58,009 nt of DNA, from positions 1 to 58,009 of the forward strand of contig CAYXZG010000001.1 in the NCBI GenBank assembly GCA_964469535.1, read 5' to 3'. Source of the stretch: an uncultured Candidatus Saccharibacteria bacterium (GTDB taxonomy: Bacteria > Patescibacteriota > Saccharimonadia > Saccharimonadales > Saccharimonadaceae). The number at the start of each line of letters is the position of its first letter. Position 1 is the stretch's first letter. Shown here piece after piece: positions 17,363-26,654 of the stretch. The position numbers were made by a program, and so were the translations under genes. The notes beneath the pieces were generated by a model. That model was given only the letters and a program-made list of their open reading frames with translations, searched no databases and was not told the origin of the DNA.

Positions 17363-17851
17363 TTATTCGGCCGGTTCGGCTGGACCTTTGGGGTTTTCCT
17401 TTTCTGCTTGAGTCTCAGGGTCTTTAGCTTCGGCGTCTAGCACTTCCGTAGCGGCAGCATCGCGCGCAGTCATTTTTGGATTGTTGACGGCAATACGATC
17501 AAAAGCTTTATTAACGAGGCGAGCGGATTTGCCAGAACGTTTGCGCAAGAAGGAGAGATTTTTGCGGCGAACTTTAGCGCGGTGAACAATTTCGATTTTT
17601 TCGACGAGCGGGTTATGGATCAAGAAAGATTTTTCGACACCAACTCCAGATGCAACTTTGCGAACAGTAATGCGGGCGGTGTGAGAGTTTTTGCGATCGG
17701 TGCGGATGACAACTCCTTCAAAAACCTGGGAGCGGAACTTATCGCCTTCTTTAATTTTCTGGGTGACGCGTACGGTATCGCCGGAACGAACGTCGACAAT
17801 AGCGGCCTTTTTCTGGGCATCGCCAATTTTTTTCAAATCTATCGAACTCAT
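17363..17851 (-). CDS. rplS: 50S ribosomal protein L19
   Basis: GDTVRV, QVFEGVVI, GVGVEK, KVRR, GKSAR. Confidence 0.96.
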   Translation of the reverse strand: MSSIDLKKIGDAQKKAAIVDVRSGDTVRVTQKIKEGDKFRSQVFEGVVIRTDRKNSHTARITVRKVASGVGVEKSFLIHNPLVEKIEIVHRAKVRRKNLSFLRKRSGKSARLVNKAFDRIAVNNPKMTARDAAATEVLDAEAKDPETQAEKENPKGPAEPAE

Positions 17852-17943
17852 AATTAAACCTTTATATTACAACTTGTTTTATTTTAGCATACTTTCCTGC
17901 ATTTGAGAAGGGGGAAAATGGCAATTGCTTGAATGATGCGCGA

Positions 17944-18525
17944 CTATTGCTTGAGGGCTTGGCGGATACGGTCTTCTACGGGAAGATTGGGGTCGATTTC
18001 GGCAAGAGCAGCGGTAGCTTCTTTGAGCGGGAAGCCTAGCGCGATAAGAGCGTCGAGCGCTTCATCATTGGGAGGTTGAATGGCATTAATGCTGAATTTG
18101 GTAGTGGTCGCACCATAGTGGCTAGGCGCGCCGACTTTGTCTCGTAAGTCGACGATGATGCGTTCGGCGGATTTTTTGCCGACACCACTAGCTTTTGAAA
18201 TAAAAGATGCGTCAGTATTTGCAATAGCATTGCGAACTTCTTCGGCGGTACCGAGACTCAGAATCGCCATGGCGGCTTTGGGGCCGACGCCATTGACGGA
18301 AATAAGCATTTCAAAGAGTTTTTTGGCAGCTAAAGTCGAAAAACCATACAAATCTTCTGAGTTTTCGCGAATAGCGTGATAGGTATAGAATTTTTTTTCG
18401 TCATCAAGATGAGTGTTCTCGGCGTCGGGTGCCGAGATTGATAGTTCATAGCCAACACCGTGAACGTCAATAATGAGTGAGTTTTGGAATTTTTCGGTGA
18501 CACGACCGACGATGTGGGCAATCAC
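17944..18525 (-). CDS. ruvA: Holliday junction branch migration protein RuvA (GTG start 18525)
   Basis: IAHIVG, GVGYE, LYGF, SVNGVGPK, GVGKKSAERI, ALIALGF. Confidence 0.94.
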   Translation of the reverse strand: MIAHIVGRVTEKFQNSLIIDVHGVGYELSISAPDAENTHLDDEKKFYTYHAIRENSEDLYGFSTLAAKKLFEMLISVNGVGPKAAMAILSLGTAEEVRNAIANTDASFISKASGVGKKSAERIIVDLRDKVGAPSHYGATTTKFSINAIQPPNDEALDALIALGFPLKEATAALAEIDPNLPVEDRIRQALKQ

Positions 18526-18971
18526 GATTTTTTGCGCCCTAAGAGGTTGATGACGATAAATAATAAAACAGTCGCAGCTAGTACACAACCGGAAAGGACC
18601 ATTGGCCAATAAACTGACTTGGGGACACAATTTTGATCGTGGTTGCCGAGACAATTTTGCTCTGCCGGGGTTTGGTTGGTGGATTCTGGAGTGGTTTCAG
18701 ATTGCTTCGTCGGTACGGACTCTGCTCCAGCGTAATCTGTCGGTTCCGGGATGGGTTCAGCGCTAGTTTCGGATGTGGTGACGGGGCGTGATGCGTCTGG
18801 CTCGGTCCGGCTGAGGAGGGGATAGATTTCTTGAGGATTAGAATCATAGTCCGAATTGTATTGTTCAAATCCAGGATCATCATATTCGAGTGCGGCTGCT
18901 GGATGCGCCACGGCAAGTGTTGATACGCTAAGTATGGCAGCGCTGACAAAAATTTTAACTTGTACGGTCAT
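18522..18971 (-). CDS. Hypothetical exported protein with acidic/Pro-Thr linker and C-terminal TM anchor
   Basis: Signal peptide (AVAHPAAA), low-complexity middle, hydrophobic C-terminal helix plus RKKS; SD GAGGA. Confidence 0.7.
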   Translation of the reverse strand: MTVQVKIFVSAAILSVSTLAVAHPAAALEYDDPGFEQYNSDYDSNPQEIYPLLSRTEPDASRPVTTSETSAEPIPEPTDYAGAESVPTKQSETTPESTNQTPAEQNCLGNHDQNCVPKSVYWPMVLSGCVLAATVLLFIVINLLGRKKS

Positions 18972-19032
18972 TTTCCTCCTTGATTGATTTTATTCTAGCA
19001 CAGACATAAGGGTAAGGCAAGCGGTCGTGAGG

Positions 19033-19509
19033 TCAATGGTTTTTGGCGGCAAAAGAATGGACGATGGCAGCGGCGAGGGCATCAGCAGCGTCGTCAGGTT
19101 TAGGGACGTTCTGAAGGCCGAGATGGACGCGTACCATTTCTTGGATCTGGGGCTTGTGGGCTTGTCCATAGCCGCAAATCGCTTTTTTGATCTGGTTAGG
19201 ACTGTACTCGTAAATGGGCAGCCCTTTTTGTTTGGCGACAAGTAAACAGACGCCGCGCGCTTCGGCGACGGAGATGCCAGTAGTGATATTTTGTTTGAAA
19301 AACAGCTTCTCGATCGCCATGACGTCGGGTCGATCCTCGGCAATGATTGCGCTGAGAGAGTTATAAATGTCCTCAAGGCGATCAGCGAGTGGTGTATGTG
19401 CGGGGGTTGAAATGACGCCATAGTCGATCGCGGTGGTACCTTCGATGACACCAAAACCGCAGATGCCAGTGCCGGGATCAATACCGAGAATGCGTATTTG
19501 CTTATTCAT
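19033..19509 (-). CDS. ruvC: Crossover junction endodeoxyribonuclease RuvC
   Basis: ILGIDPG, AIEKLFF, EARGV, DDAADALA. Confidence 0.95.
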   Translation of the reverse strand: MNKQIRILGIDPGTGICGFGVIEGTTAIDYGVISTPAHTPLADRLEDIYNSLSAIIAEDRPDVMAIEKLFFKQNITTGISVAEARGVCLLVAKQKGLPIYEYSPNQIKKAICGYGQAHKPQIQEMVRVHLGLQNVPKPDDAADALAAAIVHSFAAKNH

Positions 19510-20857
19510 TGACATAATCAATCAGAGTACTACGAAGGTCTCGGACGGGAATAACGAAGGGGTCTTTGACGGTGGCAGGGGCGATGGCGTGAGCGAAGCC
19601 AAGTTTTTTGGCTTCGGAAATGCGTTGGTCAGGGCGAAAAGCGGAGCGAATTTCGCCGCCAAGTCCGACTTCGCCGAAAACAACAAATTCCTCGGATAAT
19701 TTACGGTTTGCGACGGCGGAAGCAATAGCGAGACAAATTGCCAAATCAGCCGCGGAATCTTGGACTTTGAGACCGCCAACAACGTTAATGAAGATGTCTT
19801 TGTCGCTGAGCTTGAGCTTAGTGCGACGTTCGACAACGGCGATGAGAAGATTGAGGCGGTTGATGTCGAATCCGGAGCTAGTACGTTTAGGGTAGCCAAA
19901 ATTTGTAGGAGTGACAAGTGCCTGAATCTCGACAAGAATAGGTCGAGTGCCTTCAAGTGTGGCAAGAATGATAGAACCGTCGGTGTTCTGGCGTTCGGAA
20001 AGCAGCGCGGCTGATGGATTCTCGACTTCGGCGAGTCCAGATGGTCCCATTTCAAAAATGGCGGCCTCGGTGGTCGAGCCGAAACGGTTTTTGATGGCGC
20101 GAACAATTTTGAATCCGCCATAACGATCACCTTCAAAATTTAGGACCACATCGACGAGATGCTCGAGGACTTTCGGGCCGGCTAGAGTACCTTCTTTTGT
20201 CACATGCCCTACAATGATAACGGCGGTTCCAGACATTTTGGCAGCGCGAATGATTAGATTGCCGCAGTTGGTGACTTGAGAGATGCCGCCGGGCGCGGAA
20301 GCGATCTCGGCGAGGGTAAGGGTTTGAATCGAGTCAACAATGACGACGTCGAATTCGCCGGCTTCGATGGTTTTGGCGATGTCGTTTGCGGAAGTGCTAC
20401 TAGCAAATTTGAGATTGTCGGTTTCGGCTCCTAGACGTACTGCTCGAAGTTTAACTTGACCAGCAGATTCCTCGCCCGAAACGTAGAGAACGGGGCGCGA
20501 TTCGGCGATTTTCGCGCAGACTTGCATAAGCAGAGTAGATTTACCAATACCTGGCTGCCCTGCTAGCAGCGTGACTGATCCGAGCAGAATGCCGCCGCCA
20601 AGCACGAGATCGAGATCGCGGAAGCCGGTTTTAATGCGTTCATGCTCATCGGAGATTTCGAGCTCATTAATAGAGACGTATGATAAAGTTTTCCCAGAAG
20701 CTTGACCGCGCGAGACGGCCGATCTTTCATCGCGAGAGCTGTCGTCGAATTGTTCAATTAAGGAGCTCCAGGCGCCGCATTTGGTGCAACGGCCAGTCCA
20801 ATTTTTATAGATGGCGCCACACTGTTGGCAGGTGAATTGTAGATGGGATTTTGCCAT
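19502..20857 (-). CDS. radA: DNA repair protein RadA/Sms
   Basis: CQQC...CTKC Zn finger, GQPGIGKST, KNRFG, Lon-like C-terminus. Confidence 0.96.
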   Translation of the reverse strand: MAKSHLQFTCQQCGAIYKNWTGRCTKCGAWSSLIEQFDDSSRDERSAVSRGQASGKTLSYVSINELEISDEHERIKTGFRDLDLVLGGGILLGSVTLLAGQPGIGKSTLLMQVCAKIAESRPVLYVSGEESAGQVKLRAVRLGAETDNLKFASSTSANDIAKTIEAGEFDVVIVDSIQTLTLAEIASAPGGISQVTNCGNLIIRAAKMSGTAVIIVGHVTKEGTLAGPKVLEHLVDVVLNFEGDRYGGFKIVRAIKNRFGSTTEAAIFEMGPSGLAEVENPSAALLSERQNTDGSIILATLEGTRPILVEIQALVTPTNFGYPKRTSSGFDINRLNLLIAVVERRTKLKLSDKDIFINVVGGLKVQDSAADLAICLAIASAVANRKLSEEFVVFGEVGLGGEIRSAFRPDQRISEAKKLGFAHAIAPATVKDPFVIPVRDLRSTLIDYVNE

Positions 20858-21001
20858 GGTTTTATTGTATCACACTTAGACCGTAGGTATAACTTATGCT
20901 TGATGTTTGAAGGATGGTTTGATATGATAGGGAAGTCGTCTGAATTAGGTCGATAGCCTTTTACTGCTATTTTGGACGACAGAACTTAAACAGGAGAATG
21001 G

Positions 21002-21097
21002 ATGCGTAGAAAACAAAAGCACCCGGGCATGCGACGCGAACGTCAGTTTCCGCCGGCACCTTGGCAGGATTTTATTGAAATAGATCCTAAATTTTAG
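21002..21097 (+). CDS. Candidate 31-aa small protein MRRKQKHPGMRRERQFPPAPWQDFIEIDPKF
   Basis: SD AGGAG at 20992-20996, upstream TATGAT -10, downstream terminator; below ORF-track cutoff. Confidence 0.4.
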   Translation: MRRKQKHPGMRRERQFPPAPWQDFIEIDPKF

Positions 21098-21113
21098 TTT
21101 AATACGCTAAAAC

Positions 21114-21150
21114 AAAGTCCCTGGGAAGTTTGTTTCCGAGGGACTTTTTT
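21114..21150 (+). terminator. Rho-independent terminator
   Basis: AAAGTCCCT...AGGGACTTT followed by T-run. Confidence 0.65.
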
Positions 21151-21167
21151 GAAGCTTGGTAAAATTT

Positions 21168-21872
21168 TTATTTCTTAATTCCCTGTGCGGCAAGGTTTTC
21201 GTCGATTTTAGTGCGGAGTTTATCGAGAAACTCGGCGGTGGTCATGTCATGCTGGTCGACCAGCTCACCATCAACGAAGAAACTAGGAGTCCATTCGATG
21301 TTGGCTTGGCGAGAGAGATTCGAGTCAAAGCTAATTTTCTTGGCAGTTGCGTCACTACCCATGTCTTCGCGAAATTGCTCGAGATTACCTTTGCCTTTTG
21401 TGACTTCTGCAAAATATTGTTCAAATTGGGCTTGACGCTGAGTGGGGCTAGAATCATACCAATCGTTTTGATGCGTGAAGAGGGCGTCCTTATATTCTTG
21501 CCAGTGGCCTTGTTTGGAGGCGGCGAGGGCAGCAGAGGCGGCGGCAGTGCCGTTTTGGTGATAGGACATAATATAAGTGCGAAAGACAACGGCGACTTTA
21601 CCGTCATATTCTTCGACGATTTCGTTGATGTGCGGATTCATAGGGGCGCAGGCGGTGCACTGATAATCTCCATATTCGTAAATTTTCACTGGAGCATCTG
21701 GATCTCCTGCAATCATTTCGCCATATCCGCCCGAGGCGTCGTTAGCTTCGATGACGGTAGCAAGGTTATATTCGGTTTGGTCACGGTTGGTGCTTTGAAG
21801 GATGCTAACACCAATTAGGCCGCAAAAAACGACTGCAAGAATGCCAAGAATAATCCACGTTTTTTTATCCAT
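21168..21872 (-). CDS. DsbA/thioredoxin-like membrane-anchored protein
   Basis: EYGDYQCTAC (CxxC), WTPSFFVDG cis-Pro loop, N-terminal TM. Confidence 0.88.
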   Translation of the reverse strand: MDKKTWIILGILAVVFCGLIGVSILQSTNRDQTEYNLATVIEANDASGGYGEMIAGDPDAPVKIYEYGDYQCTACAPMNPHINEIVEEYDGKVAVVFRTYIMSYHQNGTAAASAALAASKQGHWQEYKDALFTHQNDWYDSSPTQRQAQFEQYFAEVTKGKGNLEQFREDMGSDATAKKISFDSNLSRQANIEWTPSFFVDGELVDQHDMTTAEFLDKLRTKIDENLAAQGIKK

Positions 21873-21921
21873 TTTAGCCTCCAGGATGATTATAAAGTTT
21901 AGACTATGCTATAATTATAGC

Positions 21922-22827
21922 ATGAATGAGATAATAAAAAAGTTTAAAATTATCTTAAGAAAGTTTCTTGTGGCGGTGCGTAAGGGCGTAGTAGGTTTTG
22001 TAACGACAGTTGGGCGGGTTTTGAAGATGGCGGGAAGAGCCGTTGTCAAAGGGTGGAGAGCGTTGTGCGCATTCATGAAAAGAACACGAAAGAAGTTATT
22101 GAAAAGCTTTGCAAAATGGGTCGATCCAAAATTAGAACCGTATCGTGCGAAAAAGCTTTTGAGCGCCGATCGAGAAGGTGGTGTCTCTAAGGATGTCAAG
22201 ATCGAAAAAATGACTGATGCTGATAAGTTGCAAAAGAAGACAACTGAAGCAAAGGCTTTTCAGCACGGAGTTGTTCAGGCGCCACAGTCTAAGGAAGGCT
22301 TCTTAAAGCTGCTACAGCAGACTTCGCGCGAAGTGCTCGACTACCGAGCGCGTCAGATTATTACGATGGCTTTGAAATTACCGGAGACTACGGCGGAAGA
22401 TTTGATGGTGCCGAAATCTAAAATCGTGTACGTTCGTGACGATGAGACGCTCGGTCCGTTGACGCTAGACAGGCTCTATAAATCGGGTTTTGAACATTTC
22501 CCAGTCATTAACAAAATGGAAGAGATTATCGGTTCAGTACATACGACGAGTTTTAATAACCTGGAAATTCGCGAAACAAGCGTGGTGAGCGAAATTGTTG
22601 ATCCGGGAGTATATTATATACGCGCGGATTATAGCCTAGAGCAAGTGCTTGCGGCGTTTTTGCGGGTGAATTGTTATTATTTTTTGGTGGTGGATCGTTA
22701 TGGTCGTACAGTAGGAATGCTGACTTTCGCAAGATTAGTGAGTTTTTTGTTTGGCGATACGGTAACAGATGAGTTTGGTCGGGATAACGATCGTCTGGCT
22801 GTGGCGAAACGCGCATTGTCTGCGTAG
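21922..22827 (+). CDS. CBS-domain protein (CorC-like CBS pair)
   Basis: AEDLMVPKS, SGFEHFPV, FLVVDRYGRTVG; TATAAT 6 nt before ATG 21922. Confidence 0.75.
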   Translation: MNEIIKKFKIILRKFLVAVRKGVVGFVTTVGRVLKMAGRAVVKGWRALCAFMKRTRKKLLKSFAKWVDPKLEPYRAKKLLSADREGGVSKDVKIEKMTDADKLQKKTTEAKAFQHGVVQAPQSKEGFLKLLQQTSREVLDYRARQIITMALKLPETTAEDLMVPKSKIVYVRDDETLGPLTLDRLYKSGFEHFPVINKMEEIIGSVHTTSFNNLEIRETSVVSEIVDPGVYYIRADYSLEQVLAAFLRVNCYYFLVVDRYGRTVGMLTFARLVSFLFGDTVTDEFGRDNDRLAVAKRALSA

Positions 22828-22870
22828 ATGCAATTACGATTGTCAGCTCTATAATTATGACTACGCTTAT

Positions 22871-23677
22871 CTACATTAAGATCAAGAGCGTACCGATAAC
22901 GAGAAACGCAAGAATAATACGGTACTTGCCGAATGTCTGGAGCGATTTAGGTTTTTTGAGATAATCAAGAAGAAAGCGAAGAGCAATCAGTCCAACGACG
23001 AAAGCAACAAGGTTGCCCAAGATGAGTACGTCGGCGTTAGCTGCGAAGTAAGCGCGGTTAGATTCACTCAAAAACATTTTGAGACATACGCCGACCATGA
23101 TCGGAATGGAGGCAAGAAAAGAATACTCGGCAGACGATTCGGAGTCTAGACCGACGAGTCGACCAGCAATAATAGTAGTGCCCGAGCGCGAGGTGCCTGG
23201 GATGAGAGCGAAGGTTTGAAGCAGACCGATGACAAGAGCGCGAATGGGCGTGAGACTGTTTTCGTTTTTGAGATTGGATAGATGTGGCAAGAAATCGATG
23301 CAAATCATAATGAGGCCGACGACACCCATAGCGATGCTGACAGTAAAAAGCGAACTGAAAAAGTCGTTATTTTCAATAAAATCAGAAAGAAGGAGCCCGA
23401 TTATTCCAGCTGGGATGCTAGTGATCAAGATATTGAGAGCGAGTTTGTAGTTTTTCTCGGTAAAAACATCGTGCAGGATTTTCCAAATACGTTTGCGGAA
23501 GAAAATTAGAAGGGCGAGGAGAGTGCCAAGGTTAATGAACTCAAGAAAGAGATGGAAATTTTGCGAAGGAATGCAGAAAATGTGTTGCGCAAGTTCGAGA
23601 TGGCCCGATGAAGAAACTGGGATGAATTCCGTGAGCCCTTGAATGAGACCAAGTATGAGTGCCTGCCAAATTTCCAT
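22871..23677 (-). CDS. uppP: Undecaprenyl-diphosphate phosphatase
   Basis: QGLTEFIPVSSSGH, PGTSRSG. Confidence 0.95.
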   Translation of the reverse strand: MEIWQALILGLIQGLTEFIPVSSSGHLELAQHIFCIPSQNFHLFLEFINLGTLLALLIFFRKRIWKILHDVFTEKNYKLALNILITSIPAGIIGLLLSDFIENNDFFSSLFTVSIAMGVVGLIMICIDFLPHLSNLKNENSLTPIRALVIGLLQTFALIPGTSRSGTTIIAGRLVGLDSESSAEYSFLASIPIMVGVCLKMFLSESNRAYFAANADVLILGNLVAFVVGLIALRFLLDYLKKPKSLQTFGKYRIILAFLVIGTLLILM

Positions 23678-23698
23678 GGTTTTATTATAGCATAAGTT

Positions 23699-25354
23699 TT
23701 ATTCGACGTTGCGGAAAAGTATTTTGCGAATAGCTTGGATGATTGGCTTGACTTGTTCAAGACCAAGGAAATATCCGGCGATAATGTAAACTATGAGTGA
23801 GGTGAGTGTAATAATACAGAATTTTGGAAAGGTGATAAAAAAGGAATCGTCGGTTGCCATGAGCGGTAAGAACTTAGTCATGGAATAAGCAACGCAGCCA
23901 GTGATAGCGGTAGCGAAGCCCATCTTGAGGAAGCTATGCCAGAAATCATGATTGAGAAGTTTATGGGAGGAACGTTTTTGGAGAATAGAGAGAAGAAGTG
24001 CAACTTCGAGTAAGGCGCCGATTGATTGTGCCCAACCAAGACCTTCTGGACCGCAGCCGAGCAGTGAAAAGACAATCGCCAGGAGAATGGAAAAACCAAT
24101 GGCAACGATTGAAATAATGAAAGGCGCCTTAGTGTCTTGGTGAGCATAAAAGCCACGGACGGCAATATGAAAAATCGAATTGGCAAAAATTGAAATAATT
24201 AAGGTGGCAAGGACGGATGCGATGAGCTGATCGCCGCCATTTTTGATGAAGCTGACGACATAACCGCGCGCGAAGAAAGCGATTGCGGCGATTGGAAGCG
24301 TAATCCAGATGATAGTACTGAGTGCCGTACGAAAAGTTTCGCGGAATTTTTCTTCTTTCCCTTCCCCGACCTCTTCGGTGAGCTGTGGAAAGAAGGCTGT
24401 CGAAATTGCGACACCAATGAGACTAACGGGCATTTGTGAGAGACTGCAAGCTTGTTGATAGGAACGTAAAGCACCGGCTCCCATACGCGAGGAGAGATTA
24501 GTGGTAACTATCGTATTGATGTAGTCAATACCTTGGTCAAGTGAACGGGCTGGTAAAAGTTTGAGGACGGATCGAAAGCCTTGGTTGCGCCAGCGGATTT
24601 TAAAGTCATAGTCAAAGCCGAGACCGATGAGGCCGACGAGACTAACAAAAAGTTGTAGAATGGCGCCAAAGACTACGCCGAGCGCTACGCCCATGATGCC
24701 GCCTTCAAAAATTTGCCAACCGAAAAGATTAATGCCGCCCGTGAACCAGACGATTCCGACCAAAATTCCGACGTTATAAAGGGCAGGGGCTAGTGCATAA
24801 AAAACGAAACGACCGAGTGCCTGCTGGATACTGGATAAAATGGTTGAGATTGAGAAAAGAAATGGATTGACGGCGATGACGCGCATCATGTTGGTCGCAA
24901 GAATCATACCCGATTCATCAAGACCAGGGCCAACAACGTAGCGAACAAGTGGCTCCGCAAAAATCATAATACAGATTGAGGCAATGAGCGTAATGAATGC
25001 CATGAGGTTGAGCAAGCTTGAGCTAAGCTCCCAGGCAGATTTTTTGTTGCCGGAAGTGAGCCGCTGGTTGAAAACGGGTATAAAGCTAACGGCGAGGGCG
25101 CCAGAAGTAAGGATTAAGAAGAGGAAATCCGGAATGGTAAAAGCCGCTGTGTAGGCATCAATACCGGTCGGGTAGGTGTCAAGGTAATATGAATTGAGGA
25201 GACGGTCGCGAAAGATGCCTAGGAGCGCTGAGATTAATGTCGAACTAGCAAGCACAACAGCGGCAACCTTGACGGAAAGTTTGGAGTTCGCCATGGCGAC
25301 TACTGAGCCAAAGCGGAGGCGACGTTTTTTGACTGGCTGGTCTGACTCAGACAT
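23699..25354 (-). CDS. murJ: Lipid II flippase MurJ/MviN
   Basis: LLGIFRD, AAFTIPD, SFIPVF, multi-TM MOP fold. Confidence 0.9.
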   Translation of the reverse strand: MSESDQPVKKRRLRFGSVVAMANSKLSVKVAAVVLASSTLISALLGIFRDRLLNSYYLDTYPTGIDAYTAAFTIPDFLFLILTSGALAVSFIPVFNQRLTSGNKKSAWELSSSLLNLMAFITLIASICIMIFAEPLVRYVVGPGLDESGMILATNMMRVIAVNPFLFSISTILSSIQQALGRFVFYALAPALYNVGILVGIVWFTGGINLFGWQIFEGGIMGVALGVVFGAILQLFVSLVGLIGLGFDYDFKIRWRNQGFRSVLKLLPARSLDQGIDYINTIVTTNLSSRMGAGALRSYQQACSLSQMPVSLIGVAISTAFFPQLTEEVGEGKEEKFRETFRTALSTIIWITLPIAAIAFFARGYVVSFIKNGGDQLIASVLATLIISIFANSIFHIAVRGFYAHQDTKAPFIISIVAIGFSILLAIVFSLLGCGPEGLGWAQSIGALLEVALLLSILQKRSSHKLLNHDFWHSFLKMGFATAITGCVAYSMTKFLPLMATDDSFFITFPKFCIITLTSLIVYIIAGYFLGLEQVKPIIQAIRKILFRNVE

Positions 25355-25357
25355 GAT

Positions 25358-26602
25358 TTACAATTCGGTTGCTCCATCAAAATACGGGCGCAGAGTCTGC
25401 GGGATGGTCAGTTTACCATCTTTTTGGGCGTAGTTTTCTAAAACTGCCACCATCGTGCGAGCAAGAGAAATAGCGGTGCCATTCAATGTGTGTAGGACTT
25501 CAACGCGGCCATCTTTGCGACGTACACGGATATTGAGACTGCGAGCCTGAAAGTCGGTACAGTTTGAACAGCTGGTTAATTCGCGATACTTTTGGTCAAC
25601 AGGAGACCAGTACTCAATATCGTATTTTTTGGCGGCAGGGGCGCCGAGGTCGCCAGCGGCAATGTTAATCACTCGATATGGAATTCCTAGCTCTTGCCAA
25701 ATTTCCTCTTCGATCTGACGAATTTGCTCATGAATCTCGCGAGATTGTTCTGGGAGACAAAAAACATACATTTCGAGTTTATTGAATTGGTGAACACGGA
25801 AGAGACCACGAGTATGTTTGCCGTAAGTACCGGCTTCTTTGCGAAAACAAGCCGAATATCCAGCGTAGTAGAGTGGCAAGTTGGCTTCGTCGATGATCTC
25901 GTCCATATGATAACCGGTCAATGGCATTTCGGCGGTTGCAATCATTGCGAGGTCTTCACCTTCAATATAATACTCATCGCTTTGTTCGCTGGTGCGAGGA
26001 TTAAAGCCGCAGCCTTCGAGCACTTTGCTAGAAACCATGTCGGGGACAGTCATAAAACTAAAACCATGCTCAATAACCTTTTTTAGGCCGAATTGCAAGA
26101 GTGCGTTTTCGAGGAGCGCCAGCCCGTTTTTTAGGTAGTAGAATTTCGCGCCGGCAACTTTTGCGCCACGTTCAAAATCAACCCAGTCGCGGTTGATTGC
26201 GTAATCAAGATGATCTACGCCGTCGGTACGATGCTCGCCCCAAGCGGCAACTTCGACGCTACATTCTTCGCCGCCAAGGGGTACGTCGTCGAAGATGATG
26301 TTGGGGATTAGTTTGATCTGTTCGTCAATGGACTTTTCAAGTTGGTCGAATTCGGGCTCGATAACGGCAAGTTGATCTTTGATGGTCTTAGCGGCGGCAA
26401 TAAGCTCGGGGTTAGGTTTGCCTCCTTTCATTTGGTCAGTGAGCTCGTTACGTTTTTGACGAAGAGACTCAACTTTTTGGAGGATTTCCTTGCGCTGATC
26501 GTCGAGTGTAAGAAGTGCGGGGATGTTAACCGAGTACCCTTTTTCTTTGGCAGATTTTTCGACTAGTGTTTGATTTTTCCGAATAAAATTAATGTCTAAC
26601 AT
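25358..26602 (-). CDS. serS: Serine--tRNA ligase
   Basis: MLDINFIR, TAEMPL, FRKEAG, RVHQF.K.E, ELTSCSNCTDFQAR, HTLNGT. Confidence 0.97.
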   Translation of the reverse strand: MLDINFIRKNQTLVEKSAKEKGYSVNIPALLTLDDQRKEILQKVESLRQKRNELTDQMKGGKPNPELIAAAKTIKDQLAVIEPEFDQLEKSIDEQIKLIPNIIFDDVPLGGEECSVEVAAWGEHRTDGVDHLDYAINRDWVDFERGAKVAGAKFYYLKNGLALLENALLQFGLKKVIEHGFSFMTVPDMVSSKVLEGCGFNPRTSEQSDEYYIEGEDLAMIATAEMPLTGYHMDEIIDEANLPLYYAGYSACFRKEAGTYGKHTRGLFRVHQFNKLEMYVFCLPEQSREIHEQIRQIEEEIWQELGIPYRVINIAAGDLGAPAAKKYDIEYWSPVDQKYRELTSCSNCTDFQARSLNIRVRRKDGRVEVLHTLNGTAISLARTMVAVLENYAQKDGKLTIPQTLRPYFDGATEL

Positions 26603-26654
26603 GATCTTATTTTAACATGGTTTAGAGATTTTGATAGGGATTAGAAAAAATCGC

